A stretch of 64,000 bases of DNA, from assembly GCA_964016885.1 (NCBI GenBank), contig OZ024740.1, positions 291,214,001 to 291,278,000 on the forward strand, given 5' to 3'. The position numbers and the translations under genes were made by a program. The stretch is from Eledone cirrhosa. Lineage: Eukaryota. The notes beneath the pieces were generated by a model. The model worked only from the letters and a program-made list of their open reading frames with translations. It had not been told where the DNA came from and did not search any database. Below, in pieces: positions 22,700-37,517 of this stretch (position 1 is its first letter; each line of letters opens with the position of its first letter).

Positions 22700-24722
22700 T
22701 AGCTTATTTATAATAACTTATAGTTATAGCTTATGACAGTAGCTGATCAAAATAGCTTATTTACAATAACTTATAGTTATAGCTTATGACAGTAGCTGAT
22801 CAAAATAGCTTATTTACAATAACTTATAGTTATAGCTTATGACAGTAGCTGATCAAAATAGCTTATTTACCATAATTTATAGTTATAGCTTATGACAGTA
22901 GCTGATCAAAATAGCTTATTTACCATAATTTATAGTTATAGCTTATGACAGTAGCTGATCAAAATAGCTTATTTACAATAACTTATAGTTATAGCTTATG
23001 AGAGTAGCTGATCAAAATAGCTTATTTACCATAATTTATAGTTATAGCTTATGACAGTAGCTGATCAAAATAGCTTATTTACAATAACTTATAGTTATAG
23101 CTTATGACAGTAGCTGATCAAAATAGCTTATTTACCATAATTTATAGTTATAGCTTATGACAGTAGCTGATCAAAATAGCTTATTTACAATAACTTATAG
23201 TTATAGCTTATGACAGTAGCTGATCAAAATAGCTTATTTACCATAATTTATAGTTATAACTTATGACAGTAGCTGATCAAAATAGCTTATTTACAATAAC
23301 TTATAGTTATAGCTTATGACAGTAGCTGATCAAAATAGCTTATTTACAATAACTTATAGTTATAGCTTATGACAGTAGCTGATCAAAATAGCTTATTTAT
23401 AATAACTTATAGTTATAGCTTATGACAGTAGCTGATCAAAATAGCTTATTTACCATAGTTATAGCTTATGACAGTAGCTGATTAAAATAGCTTATTTACA
23501 ATAACTTATAGTTATAGCTTATGACAGTAGCTGATCAAAATAGCTTATTTACCATAATTTATAGTTATAGCTTATGACAGTAGCTGATCAAAATAGCTTA
23601 TTTACAATAACTTATAGTTATAGCTTATGACAGTAGCTGATCAAAATAGCTTATTTATAATAACTTATAGTTATAGCTTATGACAGTAGCTGATCAAAAT
23701 AGCTTATTTACCATAATTTATAGTTATAGCTTATGACAGTAGCTGATTAAAATAGCTTATTTACAATAACTTATAGTTATAGCTTATGACAGTAGCTGAT
23801 CAAAATAGCTTATTTACCATAATTTATAGTTATAGCTTATGACAGTAGCTGATCAAAATAGCTTATTTACAATAACTTATAGTTATAGCTTATGACAGTA
23901 GCTGATCAAAATAGCTTATTTACCATAATTTATAGTTATAACTTATGACAGTAGCTGATCAAAATAGCTTATTTACAATAACTTATAGTTATAGCTTATG
24001 ACAGTAGCTGATCAAAATAGCTTATTTACAATAACTTATAGTTATAGCTTATGACAGTAGCTGATCAAAATAGCTTATTTACAATAACTTATAGTTATAG
24101 CTTATGACAGTAGCTGATCAAAATAGCTTATTTACCATAATTTATAGTTATAGCTTATGACAGTAGCTGATCAAAATAGCTTATTTACCATAATTTATAG
24201 TTATAGCTTATGACAGTAGCTGATCAAAATAGCTTATTTACCATAATTTATAGTTATAGCTTATGACAGTAGCTGATCAAAATAGCTTATTTACAATAAC
24301 TTATAGTTATAGCTTATGACAGTAGCTGATCAAAATAGCTTATTTACAATAACTTATAGTTATAGCTTATGACAGTAGCTGATCAAAATAGCTTATTTAC
24401 CATAATTTATAGTTATAGCTTATGACAGTAGCTGATCAAAATAGCTTATTTACCATAATTTATAGTTATAGCTTATGACAGTAGCTGATCAAAATAGCTT
24501 ATTTACCATAATTTATAGTTATAGCTTATGACAGTAGCTGATCAAAATAGCTTATTTACCATAATTTATAGTTATAGCTTATGACAGTAGCTGATCAAAA
24601 TAGCTTATTTACAATAACTTATAGTTATAGCTTATGACAGTAGCTGATCAAAATAGCTTATTTACAATAACTTATAGTTATAGCTTATGACAGTAGCTGA
24701 TCAAAATAGCTTATTTACAATA
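22700..24722. repeat. 53-bp satellite, ~38 copies
   Basis: Unit AATAGCTTATTTACAATAACTTATAGTTATAGCTTATGACAGTAGCTGATCAA; AGCTGAT recurs at 22741 and 22794. Two main variants (ACAATAAC / ACCATAAT). Confidence 0.95.
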
Positions 24723-24783
24723 AGCTGGTTTCTCCTTAACCTAAGCAAATAAATATTTTGCCTTTACTGTTGTTGATAATAAT

Positions 24784-24968
24784 TGTTTCTATTTTTGGCA
24801 CAAGGCCAGCAATTAACCAGTGTATTACTGGTACTTGAATTTATCGACCCCGTAAGGATGAAAGCAAAGTTAACCTCGGCAGGATTTGAACTCACAATGG
24901 CAACGGTCGTAACTCTATGCGTCAAAGCATAGCGTCCAATCCTCTACCGATACTGCCAATCCACCGCC
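24784..24968 (-). mobile_element. SINE family A between the two satellite arrays
   Basis: Full SINE with TSD TGTTGATAATAAT at 24771-24783 and 24970-24982. A truncated copy also interrupts the satellite edge at ~22470-22580. Confidence 0.85.
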
Positions 24969-25129
24969 CTGTTGATAATAATGTTGATCATTCTAGGTTT
25001 CATAAGATTCTCTTGTTTATAGTAAATTTTATTTTCCAGAAAAACAATTTATCATAATATAGAAATGCATGTTTTCACTTTTACATTATATTAGAGGGTC
25101 AAAGTTCAACACTGACAAATCTGCTTAAC

Positions 25130-28100
25130 CGATAACTTATACCAATATTTATAACAATATTTATAACAATAGCCTATACTAATAGCTTATAACAATAGCT
25201 TATACTAATAGCTTATACCAATAGCTTATACCAATATTTATAACAATAGCTTATACTAATAGCTTATACTAATAGCTTATACCAATAGCTTATACCAATA
25301 TTTATAACAATAGCCTATACTAATAGCTTATACTAATAGCTTATACCACTATTTATAACAATAGCCTATACTAATAGCTTATAACAATAGCTTATACTAA
25401 TAGCTTATACCAATAGCTTATACCAATAGCTTATACCAATAGCTTATACTAATAGCTTATACCAATAGCTTATACTAATAGCTTATACCAATAGCTTATA
25501 CCAATATTTATAACAATAGCCTATACTAATAGCTTATAACAATAGCTTATACTAATAGCTTATACCAATAGCTTATACCAATAGCTTATACCAATAGCTT
25601 ATACTAATAGCTTATACCAATAGCTTATACCATTATCTTATACCAATAGCTTATACTAATAGCTTATACCTATAGCTTATACCATTATCTTATACCAATA
25701 GCTTATACTAATAGCTTATACCAATAGCTTATACCAATAGCTTATACCAATAGCTTATACCGATAGCTTATACCAATAGCTTATACTAATAGTTTATACC
25801 AATAGCTTATACCAATAGCTTATACCGATAGCTTATACCAATAGCTTATACTAATAGCTTATACCAATAGCTTATACTAAATAGCTTATAGCAATAGCTT
25901 ATACCAATAGCTTATACCAATAGCTTATACTAATAGCTTATACCAATAGCTTATACTAATAGCTTATACCAATAGCTTATACTAATAGCTTATACCAATA
26001 GCTTATACCAATAGCTTATACCAATAGCTTATACTAATAGCTTATACCAATAGCTTATACTAATAGCTTATACTAATAGCTTATACCAATAGCTTATACC
26101 AATAGCTTATACCAATAGCTTATACCAATAGCTTATACTAATAGCTTATACCAATAGCTTATACTAATAGCTTATACCAATAGCTTATACCAATAGCTTA
26201 TACCAATAAATAGCTTATACCAATAGCTTATACCAATAGCTTATACCAATAGCTTATACTAATAGCTTATACTAAATAGCTTATACCAATAGCTTATACT
26301 AATAGCTTATACCAATAGCTTATACCAATAGCTTATACCAATAGCTTATACCAATAGCTTATACCAATAGCTTATACTAATAGCTTATACTAATAGCTTA
26401 TACCAATATCTTATACTAATAGCTTATACTAATAGCTTATACCAATAGCTTATACCAATAGCTTATACCAATAGCTTATACCAATAGCTTATACTAATAG
26501 CTTATACCAATAGCTTATACTAATAGCTTATACCAATAGCTTATACCAATAGCTTATACCAATAGCTTATACCAATAGCTTATACTAATAGCTTATACCA
26601 ATAGCTTATACTAATAGCTTATACCAATAGCTTATACCAATAGCTTATACCAATAGCTTATACTAATAGCTTATACCAATAGCTTATACTAATAGCTTAT
26701 ACCTATAGCTTATACCAATAGCTTATACCAATAGCTTATACTAATAGCTTATACCAATAGCTTATACCAATAGCTTATACCAATAGCTTATACCAATAGC
26801 TTATACTAATAGCTTATACCAATAGCTTATACCAATAGCTTATACCAATAGCTTATACTAATAGCTTATACCAATAGCTTATACTAATAGCTTATACTAA
26901 TAGCTTATACCAATAGCTTATACCAATAGCTTATACCAATAGCTTATAGTAATAGCTTATACCAATAGCTTATACTAATAGCTTATACCTATAGCTTATA
27001 CCAATAGCTTATACCAATAGCTTATACCAATAGCTTATACTAATAGCTTATACTAATAGCTTATACCAATAGCTTATACTAATAGCTTATACCAATAGCT
27101 TATACTAATAGCTTATACCAATAGCTTATACCAATATTTATAACAATAGCCTATACTAATAGCTTATACTAATAGCTTATACCACTATTTATAACAATAG
27201 CCTATACTAATAGCTTATAACAATAGCTTATACTAATAGCTTATACCAATAGCTTATACCAATAGCTTATACCAATAGCTTATACTAATAGCTTATACCA
27301 ATAGCTTATACTAATAGCTTATACCAATAGCTTATACCAATATTTATAACAATAGCCTATACTAATAGCTTATAACAATAGCTTATACTAATAGCTTATA
27401 CCAATAGCTTATACCAATAGCTTATACCAATAGCTTATACTAATAGCTTATACCAATAGCTTATACCATTATCTTATACCAATAGCTTATACTAATAGCT
27501 TATACCTATAGCTTATACCATTATCTTATACCAATAGCTTATACTAATAGCTTATACCAATAGCTTATACCAATAGCTTATACCAATAGCTTATACCGAT
27601 AGCTTATACCAATAGCTTATACTAATAGTTTATACCAATAGCTTATACCAATAGCTTATACCGATAGCTTATACCAATAGCTTATACTAATAGCTTATAC
27701 CAATAGCTTATACTAAATAGCTTATAGCAATAGCTTATACCAATAGCTTATACCAATAGCTTATACTAATAGCTTATACCAATAGCTTATACTAATAGCT
27801 TATACCAATAGCTTATACTAATAGCTTATACCAATAGCTTATACCAATAGCTTATACCAATAGCTTATACTAATAGCTTATACCAATAGCTTATACTAAT
27901 AGCTTATACTAATAGCTTATACCAATAGCTTATACCAATAGCTTATACCAATAGCTTATACCAATAGCTTATACTAATAGCTTATACCAATAGCTTATAC
28001 TAATAGCTTATACCAATAGCTTATACCAATAGCTTATACCAATAAATAGCTTATACCAATAGCTTATACCAATAGCTTATACCAATAGCTTATACTAATA

Positions 28101-31100
28101 GCTTATACTAAATAGCTTATACCAATAGCTTATACTAATAGCTTATACCAATAGCTTATACCAATAGCTTATACCAATAGCTTATACCAATAGCTTATAC
28201 CAATAGCTTATACTAATAGCTTATACTAATAGCTTATACCAATATCTTATACTAATAGCTTATACTAATAGCTTATACCAATAGCTTATACCAATAGCTT
28301 ATACCAATAGCTTATACCAATAGCTTATACTAATAGCTTATACCAATAGCTTATACTAATAGCTTATACCAATAGCTTATACCAATAGCTTATACCAATA
28401 GCTTATACCAATAGCTTATACTAATAGCTTATACCAATAGCTTATACTAATAGCTTATACCAATAGCTTATACCAATAGCTTATACCAATAGCTTATACT
28501 AATAGCTTATACCAATAGCTTATACTAATAGCTTATACCTATAGCTTATACCAATAGCTTATACCAATAGCTTATACTAATAGCTTATACCAATAGCTTA
28601 TACCAATAGCTTATACCAATAGCTTATACCAATAGCTTATACTAATAGCTTATACCAATAGCTTATACCAATAGCTTATACCAATAGCTTATACTAATAG
28701 CTTATACCAATAGCTTATACTAATAGCTTATACTAATAGCTTATACCAATAGCTTATACCAATAGCTTATACCAATAGCTTATAGTAATAGCTTATACCA
28801 ATAGCTTATACTAATAGCTTATACCTATAGCTTATACCAATAGCTTATACCAATAGCTTATACCAATAGCTTATACTAATAGCTTATACTAATAGCTTAT
28901 ACCAATAGCTTATACTAATAGCTTATACCAATAGCTTATACTAATAGCTTATACCAATAGCTTATACCAATAGCTTATACCAATAGCTTATACCAATAGC
29001 TTATACTAATAGCTTATACTAATAGCTTATACCAATAGCTTATACCAATAGCTTATACTAATAGCTTATACCAATAGCTTATACTAATAGCTTATACCAA
29101 TAGCTTATACTAATAGCTTATACCAATAGCTTATACCAATAGCTTATACCAATAGCTTATACCAATAGCTTATACTAATAGCTTATACTAATAGCTTATA
29201 CCAATAGCTTATACTAATAGCTTATACCAATAGCTTATACTAATAGCTTATACCAATAGCTTATACTAATAGCTTGTACCAATAGCTTATACTAATAGCT
29301 TATACCAATAGCTTATACCAATATTTATAACAATAGCCTATACTAATAGCTTATAACAATAGCTTATACTAATAGCTTATACCAATAGCTTATACCAATA
29401 GCTTATACCAATAGCTTATACTAATAGCTTATACCAATAGCTTATACCAATATCTTATACCAATAGCTTATACTAATAGCTTATACCAATAGCTTATACC
29501 AATAGCTTATACCAATAGCTTATACTAATAGCTTATACCAATAGCTTATACCAATAGCTTATACCGATAGCTTATACCTATAGCTTATACCAATAGCTTA
29601 TACCAATAGCTTATACCAATAGCTTATACTAATAGCTTATACCAATAGCTTATACCAATAGCTTATACCAATAGCTTATACTAATAGCTTATACCAATAG
29701 CTTATACTAATAGCTTATACTAATAGCTTATACCAATAGCTTATACCAATAGCTTATACCAATAGCTTATAGTAATAGCTTATACCAATAGCTTATACTA
29801 ATAGCTTATACCTATAGCTTATACCAATAGCTTATACCAATAGCTTATACCAATAGCTTATACTAATAGCTTATACTAATAGCTTATACCAATAGCTTAT
29901 ACTAATAGCTTATACCAATAGCTTATACTAATAGCTTATACCAATAGCTTATACCAATATTTATAACAATAGCCTATACTAATAGCTTATACTAATAGCT
30001 TATACCACTATTTATAACAATAGCCTATACTAATAGCTTATAACAATAGCTTATACTAATAGCTTATACCAATAGCTTATACCAATAGCTTATACCAATA
30101 GCTTATACTAATAGCTTATACCAATAGCTTATACTAATAGCTTATACCAATAGCTTATACCAATATTTATAACAATAGCCTATACTAATAGCTTATAACA
30201 ATAGCTTATACTAATAGCTTATACCAATAGCTTATACCAATAGCTTATACCAATAGCTTATACTAATAGCTTATACCAATAGCTTATACCATTATCTTAT
30301 ACCAATAGCTTATACTAATAGCTTATACCTATAGCTTATACCATTATCTTATACCAATAGCTTATACTAATAGCTTATACCAATAGCTTATACCAATAGC
30401 TTATACCAATAGCTTATACCGATAGCTTATACCAATAGCTTATACTAATAGTTTATACCAATAGCTTATACCAATAGCTTATACCGATAGCTTATACCAA
30501 TAGCTTATACTAATAGCTTATACCAATAGCTTATACTAAATAGCTTATAGCAATAGCTTATACCAATAGCTTATACCAATAGCTTATACTAATAGCTTAT
30601 ACCAATAGCTTATACTAATAGCTTATACCAATAGCTTATACTAATAGCTTATACCAATAGCTTATACCAATAGCTTATACCAATAGCTTATACTAATAGC
30701 TTATACCAATAGCTTATACTAATAGCTTATACTAATAGCTTATACCAATAGCTTATACCAATAGCTTATACCAATAGCTTATACCAATAGCTTATACTAA
30801 TAGCTTATACCAATAGCTTATACTAATAGCTTATACCAATAGCTTATACCAATAGCTTATACCAATAAATAGCTTATACCAATAGCTTATACCAATAGCT
30901 TATACCAATAGCTTATACTAATAGCTTATACTAAATAGCTTATACCAATAGCTTATACTAATAGCTTATACCAATAGCTTATACCAATAGCTTATACCAA
31001 TAGCTTATACCAATAGCTTATACCAATAGCTTATACTAATAGCTTATACTAATAGCTTATACCAATATCTTATACTAATAGCTTATACTAATAGCTTATA

Positions 31101-33307
31101 CCAATAGCTTATACCAATAGCTTATACCAATAGCTTATACCAATAGCTTATACTAATAGCTTATACCAATAGCTTATACTAATAGCTTATACCAATAGCT
31201 TATACCAATAGCTTATACCAATAGCTTATACCAATAGCTTATACTAATAGCTTATACCAATAGCTTATACTAATAGCTTATACCAATAGCTTATACCAAT
31301 AGCTTATACCAATAGCTTATACTAATAGCTTATACCAATAGCTTATACTAATAGCTTATACCTATAGCTTATACCAATAGCTTATACCAATAGCTTATAC
31401 TAATAGCTTATACCAATAGCTTATACCAATAGCTTATACCAATAGCTTATACCAATAGCTTATACTAATAGCTTATACCAATAGCTTATACCAATAGCTT
31501 ATACCAATAGCTTATACTAATAGCTTATACCAATAGCTTATACTAATAGCTTATACTAATAGCTTATACCAATAGCTTATACCAATAGCTTATACCAATA
31601 GCTTATAGTAATAGCTTATACCAATAGCTTATACTAATAGCTTATACCTATAGCTTATACCAATAGCTTATACCAATAGCTTATACCAATAGCTTATACT
31701 AATAGCTTATACTAATAGCTTATACCAATAGCTTATACTAATAGCTTATACCAATAGCTTATACTAATAGCTTATACCAATAGCTTATACCAATAGCTTA
31801 TACCAATAGCTTATACCAATAGCTTATACTAATAGCTTATACTAATAGCTTATACCAATAGCTTATACCAATAGCTTATACTAATAGCTTATACCAATAG
31901 CTTATACTAATAGCTTATACCAATAGCTTATACTAATAGCTTATACCAATAGCTTATACCAATAGCTTATACCAATAGCTTATACCAATAGCTTATACTA
32001 ATAGCTTATACTAATAGCTTATACCAATAGCTTATACTAATAGCTTATACCAATAGCTTATACTAATAGCTTATACCAATAGCTTATACTAATAGCTTGT
32101 ACCAATAGCTTATACTAATAGCTTATACCAATAGCTTATACCAATATTTATAACAATAGCCTATACTAATAGCTTATAACAATAGCTTATACTAATAGCT
32201 TATACCAATAGCTTATACCAATAGCTTATACCAATAGCTTATACTAATAGCTTATACCAATAGCTTATACCAATATCTTATACCAATAGCTTATACTAAT
32301 AGCTTATACCAATAGCTTATACCAATAGCTTATACCAATAGCTTATACTAATAGCTTATACCAATAGCTTATACCAATAGCTTATACCGATAGCTTATAC
32401 CAATAGCTTATACCAATAGCTTATACCAATAGCTTATACCGATAGCTTATACCAATAGCTTATACTAATAGCTTATACCAATAGCTTATACCGATAGCTT
32501 ATACCAATAGCTTATACTAATAGCTTATACCAATAGCTTATACCAATAGCTTATACCGATAGCTTATACCAATAGCTTATACCAATAGCTTATACCAATA
32601 GCCTATACCGATAGCTTATACCAATAGCTTATACTAATAGCTTATACCAATAGCTTATACCAATAGCTTATACCGATAGCTTATACCAATAGCTTATACC
32701 AATAGCTTATACCAATAGCCTATACCGATAGCTTATACCAATAGCTTATACCAATAGCTTATACTAATAGCTTATACCAATAGCTTATACCAATAGCTTA
32801 TACTAATAGCTTATACCAATAGCTTATACTAAATAGCTTATAGCAATAGCTTATACTAATAGCTTATACCAATAGCTTATACCAATAGCTTATACCAATA
32901 GCTTATACCAATAGCTTATACTAATAGCTTATACTAATAGCTTATACCAATAGCTTATACTAATAGCTTATACCAATAGCTTATACTAATAGCTTATACC
33001 AATAGCTTATACTAATAGCTTATACCAATAGCTTATACCAATAGCTTATACTAATAACTTATACCAATAACTTATACCAATAGCTTATACCAATAGCTTA
33101 TACTAATAGCTTATACCAATAGCTTATACCAATAGCTTATACTAATAGCTTATACCAATAGCTTATAACAATAGCTTATACCAATAGCTTATACCAATAG
33201 CTTATACCAATAGCTTATACCAATAGCTTATACTAATAGCTTATACCAATAGCTTATACCAATAGCTTATACCAATAGCTTATACTAATAGCTTATACCA
33301 ATAGCTT
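25130..33307. repeat. 13-bp satellite (AATAGCTTATACY)n, ~8.2 kb, about 630 copies
   Basis: Continuous tandem array with C/T variation at one position and rare landmark variants. Confidence 0.98.
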
Positions 33308-34504
33308 TTCATGTATAATGTGAAGTAGATTGTATGTATGTATAATGTGAAGTAGATTGTATATCTAAACTATAATAATATGTATAATGGGAACTATGTT
33401 GTATGTATAATATGGTGGGGATTGCATATTTAGTTAATAAATAAAACAAATTATGGCAAACACAAAAACAGAGATGACCTGCGAATTTTCTGTTATTGCT
33501 GCAGCAGACCATCTCTCTCTCTCTCTATATATATATATATACATATATACATATATTTATTAATCAAATTATTGTTCTGGATAATGTCTATTGACCTTGT
33601 TTATTGAGAAGCAGATAATTCTAACATATCTAATATGTTACATTTGTATATATATATATATATGAAAAATGGAAAAGAATGACATCACTTGTAGTTGGTA
33701 ATCTATAACAATTTAATGTTATAATTTTACAATTTTACTCTGTAGATCCAATAAGTCCTTTGTTAATTTTGGTGGAAAGTTCTTTGTGTCAAACTGATCT
33801 AAAGTCATATTTTGTTGGTGTATATATAAAGAATGTTGGTGTGTGTCTGTGGAAGTGTTAATGATGTGTAAAGTTTACGTTGATGAAAATAAAATAAAAA
33901 CAAAGAGAAATATCAAGATGATTAATTGAGATTGGAGTTGGGAGGTTTTGCTTGAGAAGGAAACGTTGTGATGGTCAGATTTACTACCTAAGTGAAGAAA
34001 TGATAAAAATCAAAATATAAACGAAGTTAATGAGTGTTTAAATTTTTTGTTGAAGTTTGGAAGGGATTATAAAAATGTTGGTCTGGAAGTGATTATAAAA
34101 ATGTTGGTCTGGAAGTGATTATAAAAATGCCCTCATACAGGTCAGATTTCCCTAAATGGTCTTTGGTGAAGGAATATGATAAAAGTTAAAATATAGAACA
34201 AAGTCAATGAGTATTTAAATTTTTGTTGGTGTATCAGAAAATGAATTTGGGTGTGTGTCAGTGGAAGAGTTAATGAGGTGTAAAGTACATGTCTTTTGAT
34301 GAAAAGAAAATGAAAACAAAAAAAAAAATCAAGATGATTAATTGAAAGTGGTATTGGGAAGTGTTGGGGGTTATGAGAGATGTGATGGTCAGATTTACCT
34401 AAATGGACTTTGGTGAAGAAATAAGATAAAAATCAAGATATAAAACACACACACATATATATATATATATACACACACAAATTTTCCTTAGAACCTAACA
34501 AATA

Positions 34505-34728
34505 ATTGTTCGTGGAAACCACCGCATATTCGAGGAATCGCAAATATCTTCCACGATTTTTTAATGTTTTTTAAACGCTTTTTGACGCTAAATTATTAAC
34601 AACAATATTTTACGTTATGTTTCGACGTTTATAAGCATTTTTATGGACCATGTCCAATATTTGCGGTTTTTCGTTATTCGCGGATGCTCTAGGAACGTAA
34701 CCCCATGAATACCAGCGGACAACTGTAT
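34505..34728 (-). mobile_element. Tigger/pogo-like DNA transposon end (one terminus only)
   Basis: The reverse strand reads TA|CAGTTGTCCGCTGGTATTCATGGGGTTACGTTCCTAGAGCATCCGCGAATAACGAAAAACCGC, resembling Tigger-type TIRs. The other end was not seen. Confidence 0.5.
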
Positions 34729-34829
34729 ATATCTTATATATAGATAAATAACGAATATAGAAAATTGACTTACGATATGTTCACCCCTGCACCTTACTAT
34801 GACTTTAGACCTTGCACTAACTACTTTTT

Positions 34830-37390
34830 CGGAATAGCTTTGCACGTGCCCTCTCTAATTTATTGAAAAACGTATGCTCGTCCAACAAAAGGTCTGACTG
34901 GCAGAATTTGTTTTTGTTTCCCCTCATCTCTCTTCACGTGCACAATGCGAATTTGGGTTCCCTCACATCCTCTCTCAAGCAGCAGTTCCAGCTGTTTGAG
35001 TCTACCCCAACCACGTCTCATCTCAGTTCGACATCGAGCTTGGTATCCACCAACAGACAACCAGTAGACCTCAGGCAAGTGGTCAATGCCAAATTCAGCG
35101 AATTTGACATTAAAGGGGCTGTCTGTCTCCTCTCTTGCTCCATGTAACTCTGATTCTCTTGAGCGTCTGAAAGAGAAGCACCCATCGGCACCCCCAGATG
35201 ATCAGCTACACTGGCCCGAACCACCAGAATACTCGAAACCGGTTTACACCACCGATATCATCAGAAAGGCGATTTCATCCTTCCCCGCTGGGTCAGGCAC
35301 GGGAATTGACGGCCTTCGTCCTTAACACCTCAAGGATGGTATCTCCTTAACGACTGGTGACGCCGGACTCGAGCTCTTGGAGAGTCTGACTCAGTTTGTG
35401 AATCAGTTCTCTTCAGTGAACGTTTTCCCGTTCATCCGCCCACTGTTCTTCGGTGGGAAGCTATTTGGTCTCACCAAACCCAACGGAGACCTGCGCCCCA
35501 TTGCGGTTGGCTGCACTCTCCGCCGCCTCACTGCAAAGGCGTGTTTGCTGTTGGTCTCCGACTCACTGGCAGAGGAATTTTCCCCCATCCAGCTAGGGGT
35601 GGGTACCAGGTTGGGATGTGAGGCTGCTGTCCACGCTACCAGAGCATTTACCAACTTGCCCTCCTCGTCCCCTAAGGTCATCCTCAAACTTGACCTCAGG
35701 AACGCCTTTAACTCCGTCATCCGCGACGTCGTCCTCGGCTCAGTAAGAGAGAGGGTTCCACAACTCTATCACTTTGATTGGCAGGCTTATCGGGAGCCCT
35801 CCTACCTCTCTTTCGGTGACCAAATCATCACCTCTGCCTCAGGAGTCCAACAGGGTGACCCACTCGGGCCTGCTCTGTTTGCACTGGGCATTGATGATGT
35901 CACCAAGATGGGGTTGAGTTGGACCTCAATGTGTGGTACCTCGACGACGCCTGTTTGGGGGCAACACCGGATATGGTTCTCGCCACTGCTAACAAGATGG
36001 TTGAGGAGCTTGGCCACTGGGGTCTCCAGGTCAATAGCCCCAAATGTGAGTTCTGGATCCTCAACCACCCGGCTTCTCAACACCAACAGCTAATCGACCT
36101 GTTCGCAGAGTCCTTCCCTTCCATCGTGGTCCCTCCCCGTCGGCTTGGTACTCCTTAGGAGCCCCAATCACAGATCTGGCCTTCAAATCAATCTTCCAAT
36201 TGAAGATGGCTGGCCTTGAGCAGCTGCTGAGGAATATCGAAGTTATCGAACCCCATCAAGGTTTCTTCATACTCAGGAACTACCTGTCTATTCCTAAGCT
36301 TCTGTATCTGCTCAAGGTCAGCCCCTCTCACAGATTTCCGTCCTGCCTCCAACGCTTTGACGACCTAATCTTCGAGAGACTCGAGTGCCTGGTCAATGTT
36401 AGACTCTCTCCAGAGTCCGGCGATCAGGCTGCATTGCCCAAGCGATTTGGTCTTCGTAAGTGTTCGTCCGTCTCTCTCCCCTGCTTCCTTTCCTCCACCC
36501 ATGCTTGCTCCATCCTGGTGAGCAGCATCCTCTCCTCTCCAACATGGACTAGTTCCAACAGGGCATTGGATGAAGCTCTGCAACATTGGAGTGAGTTGGG
36601 CTTGTGGGGGTGGAGGACAGTCGAAGTCAGAGAACTTGGGACAACATAAGTTCGAAGGCCACCTTTGACTCCCTCGTCGTCCAGTCAGATCAGTTTGCAA
36701 GGTGCCGCTTACTATCTGCCAGCGCTAAATATTCAGGCGACTGGGTTGATGCCCTACCCATGGCCAACGTTGGTGGCCTACTCACCCTGGACGAACAGAG
36801 TGGGGGCTGACGTCTGCATGGGTTTGAGGTGCCGATGCAGCAAACTCCTCGACTCCACAGGCCTCCACGGTCTTTCTTGCCGCCTGAATGCCGGCTGCTT
36901 CACACATCGCACGGAGCTAAACCTCATTCTGACGAGAGCTTTGGCCCGGACAAATATCCCCTCAGTCTTGGAACCATCTGGGTTGTCCAGAAGTGACGGC
37001 CTTACCCTGTGCCCTTGTCTGGGACGTCACTGTTAGTGACTCTTTTGCTCTTTCCCACATCCTGGATGCTGCAGTTAGGACGAGAGCCACAGCTTCTGCA
37101 GCCAAGCGGAGTAAGACCCTCTAATACTCTGATCTGTCGGCCAGCTACATTTTTCAGCCTGTGGCTTTTGAGACATTTGGGAGAGTCAGGCCGCTGACTG
37201 TGAGGTTCCTCTCTTCACTGGCGGCTCGCCTAATAGAGGTAACTGGTGAATCTTGTGAGGGCGCTTGGCTGTTTCAGCGCATCAGCCTCGCCATCACCCG
37301 AAGCAACGCTGCGAATGTGCTGGCTGCGAATGCCCAGTACACCTCGCGACGCTGCTGTCTTTTGCTCTGGTGTTGGCTCCGTTGTTCACC
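34830..37390 (+). mobile_element. Degenerate CRE-clade non-LTR retrotransposon (RT, zinc knuckle and restriction-like endonuclease), frameshifted
   Basis: Motifs spread across several frames: SGTGIDGLRP, LRPIAVGCTLRRL, QLGVGTRLGCEAAVH, LDLRNAFNSV, GVQQGDPLGPALF, WYLDDA, CRCSKLLDSTGLHGLSC, IPSVLEPSGLSRSDG, AFETFG and LFQRISLAI. Confidence 0.85.
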
Positions 37391-37517
37391 CCTTCCTTTT
37401 CATTTTCTTTAATATTGTAACAAAAGAATATATCTTTCTGAAAGAATCGCGAGCAATTTATAATGTTGTCTAAGCATTTGTAATGTTATTTATGTATATA
37501 TTTAAAACATATTTGTT

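Noticed and set aside
22700-33307. CRISPR array, or information encoded in the C/T pattern of the 13-mer
   Set aside because: There are no unique spacers or cas genes and the context is eukaryotic. The variant pattern is explained by block duplication.
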